Source: Tubiluchus corallicola
Lineage: Eukaryota > Animalia > Priapulida
Length of the DNA: 64,000 nt
Direction of reading: 5' to 3'
Assembly (NCBI GenBank): GCA_030141605.1
Contig: JAQGDQ010000008.1
Span: 1,612,001 to 1,676,000, forward strand
Shown one piece after another: positions 26,661 to 40,081 of this stretch (its first letter is position 1; each line of letters opens with the position of its first letter). A program made the translations under genes and the position numbers. The notes beneath the pieces were generated by a model. The model did not search any database, was not told the origin of the DNA, and was given only the letters and a program-made list of their open reading frames with translations.

Positions 26661-27314
26661 ATGAACTACAACGTTCTGATGGGAGACCGGCTGAAAACTC
26701 GGCGCCTCTGGATCTGGATTCGGGATGTCCGGTGTTGTTCCGGCGTCCTCGCAGTGCTCTCTGTTTGTTTCTCCCGCCAGGATTTCACAGGACGCACCGA
26801 CGAGTTTAGCTGCTTTTGACTGCAGAATACTTTTGGCGTGCTGCAACGAGAATTGTGTGTTTTCTGACCCACTGTCCAGACACAGATGGTCAACACGCTC
26901 TTGCAAGTTCCCCACTTTTGCGGTTTCTTAGGTTCTCTGTTTAAATGTTTCTCTGCAAGACAAAATTTAGGAGAATGTTACTTGATCTTTGAATACCAGG
27001 TCCCATGATAGGAGTGATTTAATATAATCTTGTCTCCGCAATATTCCAAAAACAGCGAAAGGGTTTAAAGAGTAAAAACGCCGTGAAAATGAAAACTACT
27101 TTTTACTCTTGGGGCATTTACGTGTTTGTTATACGTAGTTTATTACAAATGATTTATACTACACCGCGAAGGCGTCGATGGTTTCGTCTGTTTCAAGGAT
27201 TCTTACATCAAACAAGAAATCTTGTTCAGATTCTTTGCATTGTTGGCTTATTTTTCAACTTAGGACTATAAAACATTTTCTCTCTGTTTTTTTCGAAATT
27301 ATGCCGAATAGTTT

Positions 27315-27572
27315 CATAAGCGTACGGACTGACTTTTCCGGGGGGGGGAGAGTTGAGCCACTCTTGCCCGAAATATGCAGCGCCAACCAGTATAAAGTCC
27401 GTCGTCGAGTCTTGTCTCACCCCGCCCCATGGTCAAAAAATGTCCGGATTCCGGGCATTTCATTTGGCGGCATGGAGAAAGTTTGCGATTTTGTTTACCC
27501 GAAAATATGTGTTTGCCGAAAACGGGGAAGCTGCAGTACCCCCCCCCCCAGCCCTCGGCTCGTACACCTATG
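27315..27572. mobile_element. hAT-like MITE (258 bp)
   Basis: TIRs cataagcgtacg / cgtacacctatg with subterminal G-run and C-run. Flanks aatagttt / actaattt resemble a diverged 8-bp TSD. Confidence 0.65.
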
Positions 27573-28785
27573 ACTAATTTCGCAGAAATTGGATATACTT
27601 TTGGGCAAATTGCTGACGCCTAAATAGACCGTTCGACTTAGGGTGTTGTAGGTCCATTAGGTTTTGTGATAGAGGAGGCCGCAGTCTAAGAACATATAGG
27701 CTCGCCACGCGATTTTTTCGAAAGGTCTGTGATGTTGTTCAAATGCGCGTACGCGGTTCTTCGTGCAAGGTTTGCTATTGTAGGGTTTTAGAAAAAGAAC
27801 ACATGTTAATATGAATTGCTTTTGAAACATCTGAATCAGGTCGAAATGATTAAGTTAATTCCAAGTGTCCTTTCTGGATTTTTTTGCTAGGACATTTGGC
27901 TACTGTCTAGTGCCTAGTCATTATTTTTATGCAGTGGCATTATTTCTGCAGTATACACTGATTATATCATAATACAACTGGCTTTTACTACTTTTTGTAA
28001 GTGTTTATCTGTTAGCTTGTCACCAATTAACGACGATCAAATTAATGGCGATGATAAAAGTTGATGATTGATTATAGAACGAAACTACAATTGTCAAGTT
28101 TATGAAGCCAAGCTTTCTGCGAAAGAAACATGAAAAAAAGATCAGAAAAGGTGCCATTCAATGTCGTGAACATGGACAAAAATATATTAATTTGAGTTTA
28201 CTACCGGTAATTATTTAAAATGCAATTAGGATACTATGTGCTTAGTTAATTAATATGGAATTATCTAGACTGAAATCGATTAAATTATTACATTCATTTA
28301 GTAGTTACTCTGGAGTGAATAAAGTAACGCTGTATAATTATGTTGGATTGTTGTTGATTTCTTAAGTTTAAATAAATGCCTGCTTTGATTATAAGAGACT
28401 GTGTGGTCTAACGGTTGTAGTAACAAATATATATACGATCTAAAGCATCCCAAGTTCAAATTTAGGCCCAAGACGCAATACTGAATTTTCCATTTTTTTC
28501 TTTCTTGACTAAGATTTAAAAACTTAATGACTCATACTATTAATTATTACAATTATTACGAACACCATAATTACTTATAGCCTAAATAAGCAATTAGGAT
28601 TTTAAATAATTAGTGAAACAATGATGGTTATGTCGAAGATGATGACGGTAATGATAACAATAATGATAAGGCAAGTATTGTTTAAAGCAAGTCCAGTTTG
28701 AATGATGTGATGAATACTGCATTTCGGTGCTTTGCTAATACTGTAAGCTGTTAATAGTAATAGTAAGATCAAGGTTACAACTTAC

Positions 28786-28868
28786 CTATATATGAAAGAC
28801 GATTAAGAAGATCACATTTAAAGTTTAAGCTATCACATTCGGCGCATTGATAATGCTTCAGCTAGAGC
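28786..28868 (-). other. Candidate non-coding 5' UTR exon of Hdc
   Basis: Minus strand ttctttacag|gctcta...tatatag|gtaagt gives a good acceptor and donor. It contains only very short uORFs. The next downstream acceptor is tttgtcttgcag| at 26952. Confidence 0.3.
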
Positions 28869-28981
28869 CTGTAAAGAATATTGTGTTAGCAACATCAGTT
28901 TTCTCATACTGTTTTGGGAATGGTTTGTTTGGTCTTATTAAGGGTCAAGTATTCAACAAAATAGACTGCACTAAAAAATGG

Positions 28982-28997
28982 ATTATTATTGTTATTA

Positions 28998-29095
<98 letters not shown>

Positions 29096-29100
29096 TATTA
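28982..29100. repeat. (ATT)n microsatellite
   Basis: More than 30 att units. Explains poly-Ile ORF 28847-29101. Confidence 0.95.
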
Positions 29101-30825
29101 ATTAATTAATTAAAATGAATGTGAAACGTGTTTAAGGTTTATGATGCTTGCAATATAAAAATTGTAGCACGAAGAACCAAATTCAAACTTCCCGTACAAT
29201 TCTCGTATTCAAATACTCAAATTCAAATCTCTTAAACATAAACTAATCATTTAACACAAGAGAAATAGTTAAAAACTCCGCAGTGAGATTCCATACGTGT
29301 GTGTAACAAAAACGGAATTGCACGCATATGGCAATTTAAATTTTGTGGGTTTTAATGAAAAAGTTTTACAGTGATTCTTTCCCGTATAGGTAGATTAGAT
29401 TTAGCTTTAAACTATCGTTATCTTTAAACTAATAGAAAGTGCTGTGACATTTTAGTTTATATGACTACATTATAAGGCATAGTAGACGCAGTTCAACGTA
29501 TTTTCTAATGTTAATGCGATAGGAAATTTCATATTAACCACCATATTTTTGGTGAAGCTAAAAAAACAGAGTTGTTTGCTATAGAAAAGCCTAATAACGT
29601 AATGCATCTTCAAAATATGCATTGCTCACATTTGCTTAGTAGTAATAAGAATACGCGCAAGTTGGGAAATAACGAAGCCAGGTTTTTACTAGAATGGATT
29701 TCAAGAACAATAGTAACGCAAATCGCGCGGTCACTGCTGATCAGTCAAGCGCATCGCTTTGCTTTCTTGGCCTCGCTTGGTTTGTTTGAGAAGTGAGATT
29801 CGTTTAGCGAATTCGCCACCCAAGGGAGGCAAACTGCCGATAAATAGGCAAACAGCGCATCAGATAATAGCAAAGCTAACGCTGATCACTACTCGTTTCA
29901 TTTCAATTAACTGTTTACCAATCCATGAAAAGATGATGACGTATATTTGACTTATACAGGCCCATAACTTCCATGTCTTAAAATACTGGAGCAATGTTAT
30001 AAGAGTAATATTCTTTTTCTAAGATCACAGGACTTGTCAACCGCATCAATGATCTTTTAAGCAAAAAATGATAATAATTCTGAGATTTGCTTCGCGGCAT
30101 CATACAGTGGATGAAACAGGAGATTTTCCTGTTATGTTCTACATTCAAAAAGGTGATAGAAAATACTTCCTTAATGGGTATCAGAAAGGTCGTAAGTCTG
30201 CCAAAAATATTTTTCGTCAACTCTAATAAGGACCATCTAATCGCTTATTAATTTAGTTATCCTCGCTAGCTCACTGCGTTTATTTCTTTTTAAGAAAATT
30301 GGAATTATCTTTAAAGACAAAAATACACTTCGCTAGTAATTGAAAAAAAATGAAAATTATGAAGTATAAAATTTCATGAAATCCTTGACTTTGAGCATAC
30401 AGTGATAAAGCTAAAGAACATTTATAACTTATTCTTCTTCCTGTGGAAAATCCAGGGTCGAATCCCAGTGGAAGAAAAAACCCTTTCAGAATTTTTAATT
30501 TATTTAGAGTTATCACTTGCAGAGTTTCGTGCCGCATAGCTTATAAAATGTAACTTGTTATGTCAATAACAAGAGAACGTCTTTTTACCTGCCTATTAAT
30601 ACCTAGCTAGCACGCATTATTGAATCAAGGAAAATGTGCCTGTTCAAACTTCGCCAGACAATCAACTTAAATCAAACTGTGAAACCACTATGTAAACTCA
30701 CTGAACAAGAAAGAAGCCATTTTGATGACAGTCGGTGTTCAAGCAATAACCGAATTACGTCATGTTAATAAAAGTCTACGTCCGATTTGAAAAATTCGTC
30801 TCGTGCGTGTGTCTAAATAGACGTC

Positions 30826-31478
30826 AGGACTAGGAATCGAAAAGATTTTCTTAACTTCTTTAGATAAAGAGAAAAGGCAATGAGTAGTGAATTCTGTGTT
30901 ACCAAGTTCTATTGTACTACATAATGTAAGTCTTATTGACAATTGCTACCCTTAATTGCTCACTAACAGCAATATAGCTGAATGGGTGGCTGAGTGATTT
31001 TTTAGCTCATCGCCATCCATCCGCTACCAATGTGTCTTTTCTGTAATTTACTATTCGTCACGTAAATTTATTTTTTAAACTATATCATTCATTCTTGCAC
31101 TGATTATATTGTAGAAAGGTGAAAAATAAACCTTCCTCCTTACTTAATTATTTGCTTATTTACTTACTTACTTACCTTACCTTACCTTAACTTACTTTAT
31201 CTTACCTTACCTTAGTTTAAATGATATAGTTTAAAAAAATAAATTTACGTGACGAATAGTAAATTACAGAAGAGACACATTGGTGGCGGATGGATGGCGA
31301 TGAGCTAAAAAATCAGTCAGCCACCCCTTCAGCTATATTGCTGTTACAGAGTAATTAAGTGTAGCAATTGTCAGTAAGACTTACATTATGTAGTACAATA
31401 GAACTTGCTAATACAGAATTCACTACTCATTGCCTTTTCTCTTAAGAAGATAAGAAATTCTTTTCGATTCCTAATCCT
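30826..31478. repeat. Long inverted repeat: arms 30826-31089 and 31220-31478, 130-bp spacer
   Basis: The arms are reverse complements with few mismatches, e.g. tttagctcatcgccatccatccgc / gcggatggatggcgatgagctaaa and tactattcgtcacgtaaattt / aaatttacgtgacgaatagta. Confidence 0.95.
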
Positions 31479-31815
31479 TACCTTACCTTACCTTACCTTA
31501 CCTTACCTTACCTTACCTTACCTTACCTTACCTTACCTTACCTTACCTTACCTTACCTTACCTTACCTTACCTTACTTACTTATTTACTTACTTACTTGT
31601 TTACTTCTTTCCTTCCTTCCTTCCTTAATTACTTACTTATTTACTTACTTACTTTCTTACCTACCTACCTTCCTACCTACCTATCTACCTACCTACTTAC
31701 CTACCTACCTGCCTACCTGTCTACCTACCTACCTACCTACCTACCTACCTACCTACCTACCTACCTACCTACCTACCTACTTACTTACTTACCTATTTAT
31801 TTATTTACCTGCTTA
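31477..31815. repeat. (CTTAC)n then (CCTA)n simple repeats
   Basis: About 19 cttac units followed by ctta/ccta tracts. Confidence 0.95.
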
Positions 31816-34800
31816 TTATTAAGCAACTTACGCCTGTAATTGTGAATAGTCATGCGATTGCGTACATGCACACTATAAATAAACTAAACCTCAAAAAATA
31901 ATTCTAATGTTTTGTAAAACGCGTAAAATGCACCCACAAGCGCGGAGTTCGCGTGCGTTATTCAATTACGTGCGAAGTTTGCTTTTGCATTCGTTTTGCA
32001 AATAAATTGAACAATTCATTAGATAAGAAATTACAAAAAGTAGACCACTCCCAACTTTTAGCAAGCTTTTTCCGTACAGGCCAAGTCTGTTGTGATCTGT
32101 GAACACCACTGAGAAAAAAACAGTAAACCCGTAATTAACTAATCGTAGTATGTAGTGCAAACACATGATATTGGTGGTGATAATCGTACTGATGATGATG
32201 ATGATGATGACGACGACGACGACGATGATGATGATGATGACGGAGATGATGTTGATAGCAATATTGATAGTAAGAATGCATATTAATAGAGAAAGAATTT
32301 TTTGGATTTTTTTTAAAAAAGAGGCATAACAAGCCAGGACGTAATGTAGTATGACGTCACACGATAACTTCGGATGACATTGAAAACTTGTTTTCTGGTA
32401 CTAAGCTTCTACACTTCTGTGCAGATAGGCTAAGCTGCCTGATTTTGCAATCACAATGCATATTTGAACTTCACCAATTCATACGATTTTCTTTCGAACT
32501 GAAAGAACACGCATCGTTAATGTCATGCCAGTCAAGCAAAATCTTGTCATTCTGTTATTTATCACCGAACAACTTACATTACAAAATTATAATGGTTTCA
32601 ATTTTATGCTACCCATACAACCCTTCACCAGAAGCATATCAAGACTTTATGACGACCTAGGCTAGTAGTTCTGTCCCACCCATTTCTACCGTGAATTTAT
32701 GGTCGTTTATGTAATGAGGAGATTAAACAGTTACTTGTGGTGTATTAGCAACATTATTAACCTAGTTTCAACGTGGTCATTATTAATTACACGTATTTGC
32801 ATAGCGCTTACACTAAACACACTGCACAACTTCTTGTTATGCGGAAGTTATGTAGAAGATTCGCCCAGCAACTGCCTGTGGTGTATTATAAAATTTGGTC
32901 TTTTAAAAAGTATACACATTTTTTGAGGAGAATAAGAATTCTTTTCTGAAATTTCATGCCCATCAAACTTTGGCACCCTAGGATGTTGCCTAGTAAGCTT
33001 ATTTGTTAATGCGCCACTGCCCTCCACTGACTTCTTGCGAATAACATCACGATGCGCTTCACTCTAAATAATGTGTGTTATTTAAAGTAAACAAAGCCAC
33101 AAAAATGGTACCATTGTTCTGCGGTGTGGCGTCTTTTATTATTGCTTGCACCGTCGATGAATAAACTTTTTTCTTTTGAATAATTTTGTTAAGTTTACAG
33201 TACGTGTGGCGCCCTCATCTGTAATAAATTAGTAGTACTGTATTATTGTACTGTATTGCCTACTGAATTATTGCAACTAGTCAAGCTTATTTTTCGATAA
33301 ACCATGTAATTAATTATACGGAACTGGAATTGAAAATATATAGAAAGAGAAAGTTTTGCTTTTCTGAACAGATCTGTTCAGATTTACAATGGCGAATTCA
33401 GGAATCCTCTTTGGTAGGGTTGAATGAAAGTTACAGCAAATATATTGCAATAGTGATATGACGATTAAATTCAGGTATAGAGAATGATAAACCATACAGT
33501 CAAAAGTAACATCACACCTCGGCGACGTCCAAAATTTACTTGAATGTCTCAGCAAAAAGGATAGCATTAGAAGCAGCCATATACTGGCTTCGCCCGCCAC
33601 TTAAGCAGCGCCAATAGACCTCTCAAAGTCACTAGAATTGATTGCTTTAACATGGCCCTTTGTTGATAGCTAGAGAACGCATAACACTTTCTGAATGAAG
33701 AATGTGTTATTTTGTTGGCGTGCCTGGTTAAGTTTCGTTGAATTAGTTTTGAAGCCTGTAGGTATAAAAGACGAAAGGGAAAACGTCTATTTTCCAGCCT
33801 TTCAACTGAACAGTAGTAGTAGTAGTTAAAAGTAGTATCTAAAAGCCATAGATATACAGGAACTGTCCCCTTCTTCCTCTTTCTTTCAATCAGTTTATGT
33901 AAGTTTTTCATATTTCATTACTGTCTTCATATCTTTGACAGTTCTTGCATTTTCCGTGTTTGGGAACTTTTCTATGTCAATGATATCACGTTCGCACAGA
34001 TGCTCATTGATATTTCTTCTACATCTTGTATCGGTATTCGCAACAAATTGGTCGGGGTTGACCAAAATCGCTGCTCATCGGGATATTGTTGTTCTTGTTG
34101 TTGGGGGATTTGTGGAAAGCCTAAAGTTCCATGAATCGGCAATGAATCTTCATGAAACTTCACACGAATGTACTAGAATGAAAAGGTTCGCATCGACTGA
34201 TAAGTCGAACTTTTGTTTGCCATTTTTAATTCAAGATGGCGGCATTGATGTTGCTTCTAATTTAGGATTTTGTTTCTACCGAGTCCCTCGATTTAATTTC
34301 ATCTTTGGTATATGCCTGTAACAGACTGTCATCTTTTTGACTACTATTTGTAACATGTTGTTGCTACTCTTTTTAAAAAGCTAAGTCATGTACTTTTTCT
34401 TACTTTATTTTGGCATATTTTGCCAAACTTTAGCTCAGTTTGTTTTAATTTATTCTCATCTTGACTTTTCTGTGCTCATACTATCTCAGGATTCAAAGTT
34501 GTATCCTATGTGTATAGTGTCAGTTAATTACTAAGCTCTCATTTCATTATCTAGTCGATCGATTAACGTTTTTCGCGCGTTTCCTTCTTCTACTAACAGA
34601 TTTCTATTAAATATCATTTTTTATAAATTCAGCACTTGTGTGATATTCTTTCTTTCAATAGTTAAAGCCCAGTATTAGATTTCTCAAAATGTTTCTCTAC
34701 TACTTCATTATTTTCTGTTCTTAATGTCGACGTTTTTAACTTTTAAGTTTCAGTTTTCCTCATCTCTTTCTTTAAACTTTTCAAATTTTCTTCTACTACG

Positions 34801-36629
34801 CCTGCTTCATTACTGCCTGTTCCAGAGTAGCAGTAGTAACTCTAATAATCTCTAGATGTTAAGTCTAAACATAACTCGGATGTTTTTTCTACTTTTTGGC
34901 TATGGTTATTACTACACAAGATAGTAATAATCATCTTGCTCACTGCTCATAAGTGTTTTTTATCAGTATACCTAATGGAGTGTCCAAACTAATTTCTGCC
35001 ATTGCTTTCATATTGAAAATCGATTCAGTAACTAATGCTGGTGAACTCGATATAATTCACGTAACTTACCAAAATAACATACCAAAAACACTAACTGATC
35101 ACACTTCATTCATGACTGTGATGTTTTGCGTCACCCAATACAGCCCTTATTGTATGAGAATTGACATCCTGACATATTACACCTTACATCTTCACATTGG
35201 AATTTATCGAGGTTTTGTTTAAAAGTTTACCTTTGTTTGTTATAAATTATTTCGTCAAAGATTATTGATAATATTTGCAGCAAAAACTTTTCTACTGCTC
35301 TTTCCTTTATAGCCAGACTTTATTTTCGTTGTTAACAAACTTTGGAAGTATTTTTTTACTCGCGTTCAACGGCTCCATTATATGAGGCTTAAAATTGAAA
35401 CTAATGAATAAAGTACCTTCAGTTTTACTAGACTTACACCATTACCATTTACTAGACTATCTCTCTTCTTAATTGGGTTGTGACCTTATGTCTTCATGCC
35501 GGCATTCCACAATTGCTACCAAATGTCACAACTGTCTCTCCTAGTCAGCCTTTGCTACTGGTATCTCATTCTCCTCTTCCTGGCTGCACATGCACTGTTG
35601 CCTGGTACTGCAGCTTTTCAAGCAAAAATTAGTACAAGCAGCAAGGTAAGCTGATGAAATAGGATGCAACAAGATGAAATAGGTACAATAATCAACGACA
35701 GGATTCCAAGCCCTTCTAAGGAACTAAGTAACTCTTGGTAATTCAGTAAATGCCCCTGAGGTGCCTGTCACAAAAAGGATCCCCTTCTTTATTTGAAACA
35801 CTAATTAGTTTCACGCCAATTGATTGAGATAAGAACAGATGAACAAAGCTCTGGTGGTAATAATATTAATGATGGCGTATTTATGAGACAAATTACGCCA
35901 TAGCTAGTAAGTAAACATGATAAGATCTTAGATAAGGTGCTTTGCTTAACTATGGACCAGTCCACATTAAGTAAAAGGTCACTCGGCCCACTAGTTCCAC
36001 AACTCATAGGTGTTGCCTCATAATGCATGTTTTTGAGTGCTTACAATCTAATAATTTCTGTTGGTGACACTTGGGTGGGTGACATTTTTACCACGTACGT
36101 AGTACAGGCTTCCAGAATCGAACCGGGCCAGGCCCGAATCACTGGTCACTATGCCAACGTTTGCAAAATTTTAGGCTGGACACCGTTCGAACACTGGTTG
36201 AAATTTTTATGCAGTTTGATACACCGTAGGGCGGTATCCAGCTCTACTCACTATGCCCATAGTCGTGACCGGTAATAAAGTCAAAAGAAAAAGTCACGGA
36301 AAAAAGTCACAATTTTGGCTAGGAAAAAAGTTACAAATAATTTTGGTTAGAGACAGATTATCTTTTTCCTGTGACTTTTTTACCTGGATTCCTTGTGACA
36401 AGGCAAAAATTACCTCATCATTGCCAAAAATTCTATTGTACATTTTCATTTTTGGCATTTTACGTTACATCAAAAAGCATAAGTGCTGAGGTTTTACATT
36501 TTGGAGCCTGGTTACTGGTTTCAGTAAGTCTTTGATTCAGTTTCATTCGTAGCCTACAGTGTTACTACGTCTGTGCAAAACCATCTTTAATATCGATATT
36601 GTTCTTCCACGCAGAGTGGATACTTGCCG

Positions 36630-37110
36630 GTTACGAATACATTGGATACTTATCATAAAGAATTTCTTTTTTAATGGCACAATACAAATTGTGGTAAGAG
36701 ATATGAATTGCTTTATAAAGGCGTGTTTTGCGGTACTTCAGATATTTTGTGGTGGTTGGACAGTGGACACTTGTAAATGGTCGTGTTTTTGAAATCAAAA
36801 AACGCCTGAAGTAATTAAAAATATTCATTAGGGATAAGGATTCTAAGTGATATCTAACTTTGTATAACAGTGTAATAGGTTTGGATCCTCATTAACTATG
36901 TATAACCAAGTTAGTCTTCAACCATAAATAGTCTTCAGTCTTAAATACATAGTTATTTTATGCTGAACAAAGCTTTAATATCAAGATTATCAGACTTTTT
37001 TACTTACACAAAACCAAAATTCTATGATTCTCGCTTTCGTGAGAAATGTAGGCGGATTAGCTAACAATGACTTCAAGTTTTTCCCACTTCATCATATTCA
37101 TTGTTCACCT
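36630..37110 (-). pseudogene. Possible decayed Mutator-like (MULE) transposase fragment
   Basis: Minus strand gives ARIIEFWF (cf. I.GCWFH) and FNYFRRFLI..PTTTKYLKYRKTRLYKAIHISYHNLY..IKKE (cf. YF..TWI..RTNN..E..H..L......HPN.Y....L..E). It is flanked by ggtaaaaa-rich subterminal repeat arrays. Confidence 0.3.
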
Positions 37111-37464
37111 ACAAATAATGTTCTACTGGTAGCTGTTCTTTAGTTCCATTGTCTGTTAGAAATTTAATGCATTGCTTGATTCATGTGTTTGATACCAGCT
37201 TAAAAGCTTCTCTTTTTACACACAGCCACGCACGCGTGATTCGTGTGTTCAATTTATGTTCAGCTTGTGTGTGCCATAAACGACATACAGTTTCTAAAAT
37301 TATCAGCCTATAGAGCTAGTTTAAATCGTGAAACAAAGATTAAGAAGTTCCTCAATAATAAGGTAAGCAGCAATAGAAAGGCGCGATGTGGTCTCTATAA
37401 TCAGATATTTTTATGCGTTCGCAGAGGAAATGTTAACCACGGCTATCATATAATAAACGAATGT

Positions 37465-38605
37465 AGGTAAAAATGGCACAGGAAAAACAGCACGGTAAAA
37501 ATGGTACAGGTAAAAATTGCACAGGCAAAATGGCATAAGTGGAAAAGTAGGTAAAATAGTACAGGTAAAAATTTCACAGGAAAAAATGGCACACTTAGTA
37601 AAATATGTGCTTAGAGTTAGGATTGCAGTGCGGGATAATTATTTTAGTTATTTTTACCTGTGCCGGGAAGTTTTGCTTCAACTCAGTTTGCTTGTTTGTT
37701 TGGTTGTTTGTTCTCTGTTATGACAGTAAGCCTATTTCGCGAAAACTTCCAAGAAACTTTGTGAAGAAATGAATCTTCGCCGATTTCTTTTCCGCAAAAC
37801 TTAACCGAACACGACGTACAAAAAACATTAGTGAAGCACTTCGTGGAAGTCTCAGAGGGAGTGTGTAGTACTTTTTTTGTCATCTCTACCTGGACAAACA
37901 ACTACGAGTTAGTTCCAGTTTCGAGAAATTCTTGTTTATAAAATGGTGTGTATGTCTATAACCTTTATTTATTGTTATTTATAGCCTTATAAGGTAATTT
38001 GGTATGCATACATTTGTTAGTTTATGACCATCGCCAAAATTAAAGGTGAAAATGGTAGATTAACACCATGTGGAACATTCGTGCGTTCTTGATTATAAAC
38101 TCATTTAATAAACGAATATTTTGTGAGTCTTTTGCTTGTCTATATAATAGCAATACAGGTACATTTTTGTATGTTTGAATGTTTATCTTTGTGTAAAATT
38201 TTCTTAATTAAAAGAATCTGACGAATAAGTTTAGCATTGTTCGGCTTTGGCAGAGATCTGCTTCCTACTGAGCGCATTCCAGTTTTATTATAAAATTAAA
38301 TGCATCAAAATAACATGTGTGCCATTTTCCTACTTTTCCATTTGTGCCATTTTTTCCTGTGCCATTTTTTCTGGTGCATTTTTTCTGTACCATTTTTACC
38401 ATTTGTACCTACTTTTCTGTTTGTGCCACTTTTTCTTGTGCCGTTTTTTCTGTGTCATTTTTACTTGTGCCACTTTTACCTGTGCCATTTTTCCTGTACT
38501 GTTTTTACCATGCCATTTTTCCTGTGCCATTTATTTGTGTGCCATTTTTTTCCTGTGTCATTTTTACCTGTGCCATTTTTCTGCTGCAATTTTTACTGTG
38601 CACCA
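37465..38605. mobile_element. Foldback/Mutator-like non-autonomous element with inverted arrays of a ~15-bp unit
   Basis: Left array (ggtaaaaatggcaca)n at 37465-37595 and right array (tgtgccatttttacc)n at 38316-38605. A smaller related structure (aaaaaagtcac / gtgactttttt) lies at 36270-36390. Confidence 0.7.
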
Positions 38606-38874
38606 CTGCAGACAGTTCCAAGGATAACAACATCGCTTAATGGAAAGGACGGTCTAAGTTTCGTTTTCTCTTTTAGTCATTCCATTGGGTAGTTGAACAA
38701 ATTTTTCTATGTAACCAATCCGTGCAGTCTAATAGATGTTCGTGTTCGTGTAGATGTTCGTACATTTTATTTAGAGTTCTTGCTTCGCTATCTTTATTAC
38801 ACCATTGTTACGTAAATAACAGAGTGTTTTTTGTTTACAGTGTCAGTACTACTTTTAATAACAAGCTGTTCATC

Positions 38875-39420
38875 ATGTCAATTTCAAGAGATTCAAGATC
38901 AAGTGTAGAAGAAACAGATGAAGCTTTGAGAACTGTATTACAAATGCAGAGCCGCAAATCAAGCTTGTTTGAAATGGGAAAGCACGGTTTGGACCAGACA
39001 TCCAGCGGTACATTGAAGTTAATAGGATTTGAACCACATGGAATGGAGAGTCGACTGCCCAAGGTACCTCTTGAAAACACTTACCAGTTAGGACCTGCTG
39101 TCGTTTTCAAACCTGAGCCGGTGAAGAAAATAATAGAAGAAGTATTGGAGTGCGTTCTCAGTGAAAGACAGTATGAAATGCGCCAGGGCAGAAATGCGAG
39201 TAAGTATATAGCCAACACAATCTTGTCGAGAGTAAAGGCACTGAATTATAAGCGGTACAAGTTTGTGGTCGTAGTAAACGTCGGACAGAAGTTCAATCAG
39301 GATGTACACATCGGCAGCCGGTGCATTTGGGATGTAGAAAGTGACAATTTTGCTTCTGCTACCTATGAGAGCAATGATGTGTTTGGCTGTGCAGTGGTGT
39401 ATGGCCTTTACCACGAATAA
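38875..39420 (+). CDS. Tctex1-domain dynein light chain (TCTEX1D1/DYNLT5-like), 181 aa, intronless CDS
   Basis: ENTYQLGP..FKPEPVKKIIEEVL..L....YE..RVKALNYKRYKFVVVVNVGQ...Q.V.IGSRCIWD..SDNFASATY....VF..AVVYGLYHE* is the Tctex-1 domain signature. Splice acceptor tttacag| at 38840 precedes ATG 38875. Confidence 0.92.
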   Translation: MSISRDSRSSVEETDEALRTVLQMQSRKSSLFEMGKHGLDQTSSGTLKLIGFEPHGMESRLPKVPLENTYQLGPAVVFKPEPVKKIIEEVLECVLSERQYEMRQGRNASKYIANTILSRVKALNYKRYKFVVVVNVGQKFNQDVHIGSRCIWDVESDNFASATYESNDVFGCAVVYGLYHE

Positions 39421-40081
39421 TTTGACGAATTTTGTTTTTTCTGCTGTTATGCAGTTATCTAAAAACATTCGTTTAATTTTTTTAGCTGTTTGTGTGTAAA
39501 TTTTGTTTTTTAGTTAACTGTTAACTTTTTGATCGTTCAGTAATAATTATGAAAAGTAAACGTGTATTGCTTTAGCGATGAGTAGGTTAATGAAGACTTA
39601 ATGGCTTCTCGTTATTACTCGTTATTTATTGCGCCCAACTGAATTACATTACAAAATCTGTTCATTGCATTGTGACCAACCGATTTTGTTATATTTTGAA
39701 ATCTAAAATACAGGCTTTCTTGTTTAATTCAGCATATATTATTGGCATAATGCGATAATCAATTGATAGGGTTTAATGCTACTGTCGATTGACCTTGGTA
39801 ACTCCTAAAACAGTAACTTGCAGGGAGGAAGTTCGGAGTCCGGAAATTGCATGGCCACAACAATTCAGTGAAGCCGTATCATGTGAAGAACGTACCACGT
39901 GATTTAAAAATAAAAAGACAATGCAATTTAAACAATATAGCAAATTTCGAATTCTGAAAACAAACAAAGTAAACCCAGATAGTCCTGATTCGTTGCAACA
40001 AAGGCTGCAATAGGAAAGTTTGTAATTCATGATAACTGCATTTTTAATCTGAAACTTCTATTTTTGCTCGCCAAAAAGAAA

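Noticed and set aside
31477-31575. (CTTAC)n as a telomeric repeat or functional (GTAAG)n donor array
   Set aside because: It is not TTAGG or TTAGGG and is not attached to an identified exon. A simple pentanucleotide microsatellite explains it.
33310-34321. Overlapping short ORFs near a CAAGATGGCGGC (YY1-like) motif at ~34232
   Set aside because: No recognisable domain, stops in all frames and no consistent splice model. It could be a decayed element or promoter but cannot be supported.
38722-38874. GTG-started N-terminal extension of the Tctex ORF in the ORF track, and the TTG start at 40064 for EFCAB9
   Set aside because: The Tctex extension crosses a clear polypyrimidine/AG acceptor at 38840. 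ATG 38875 and ATG 40082 fit the homologous N-termini better.
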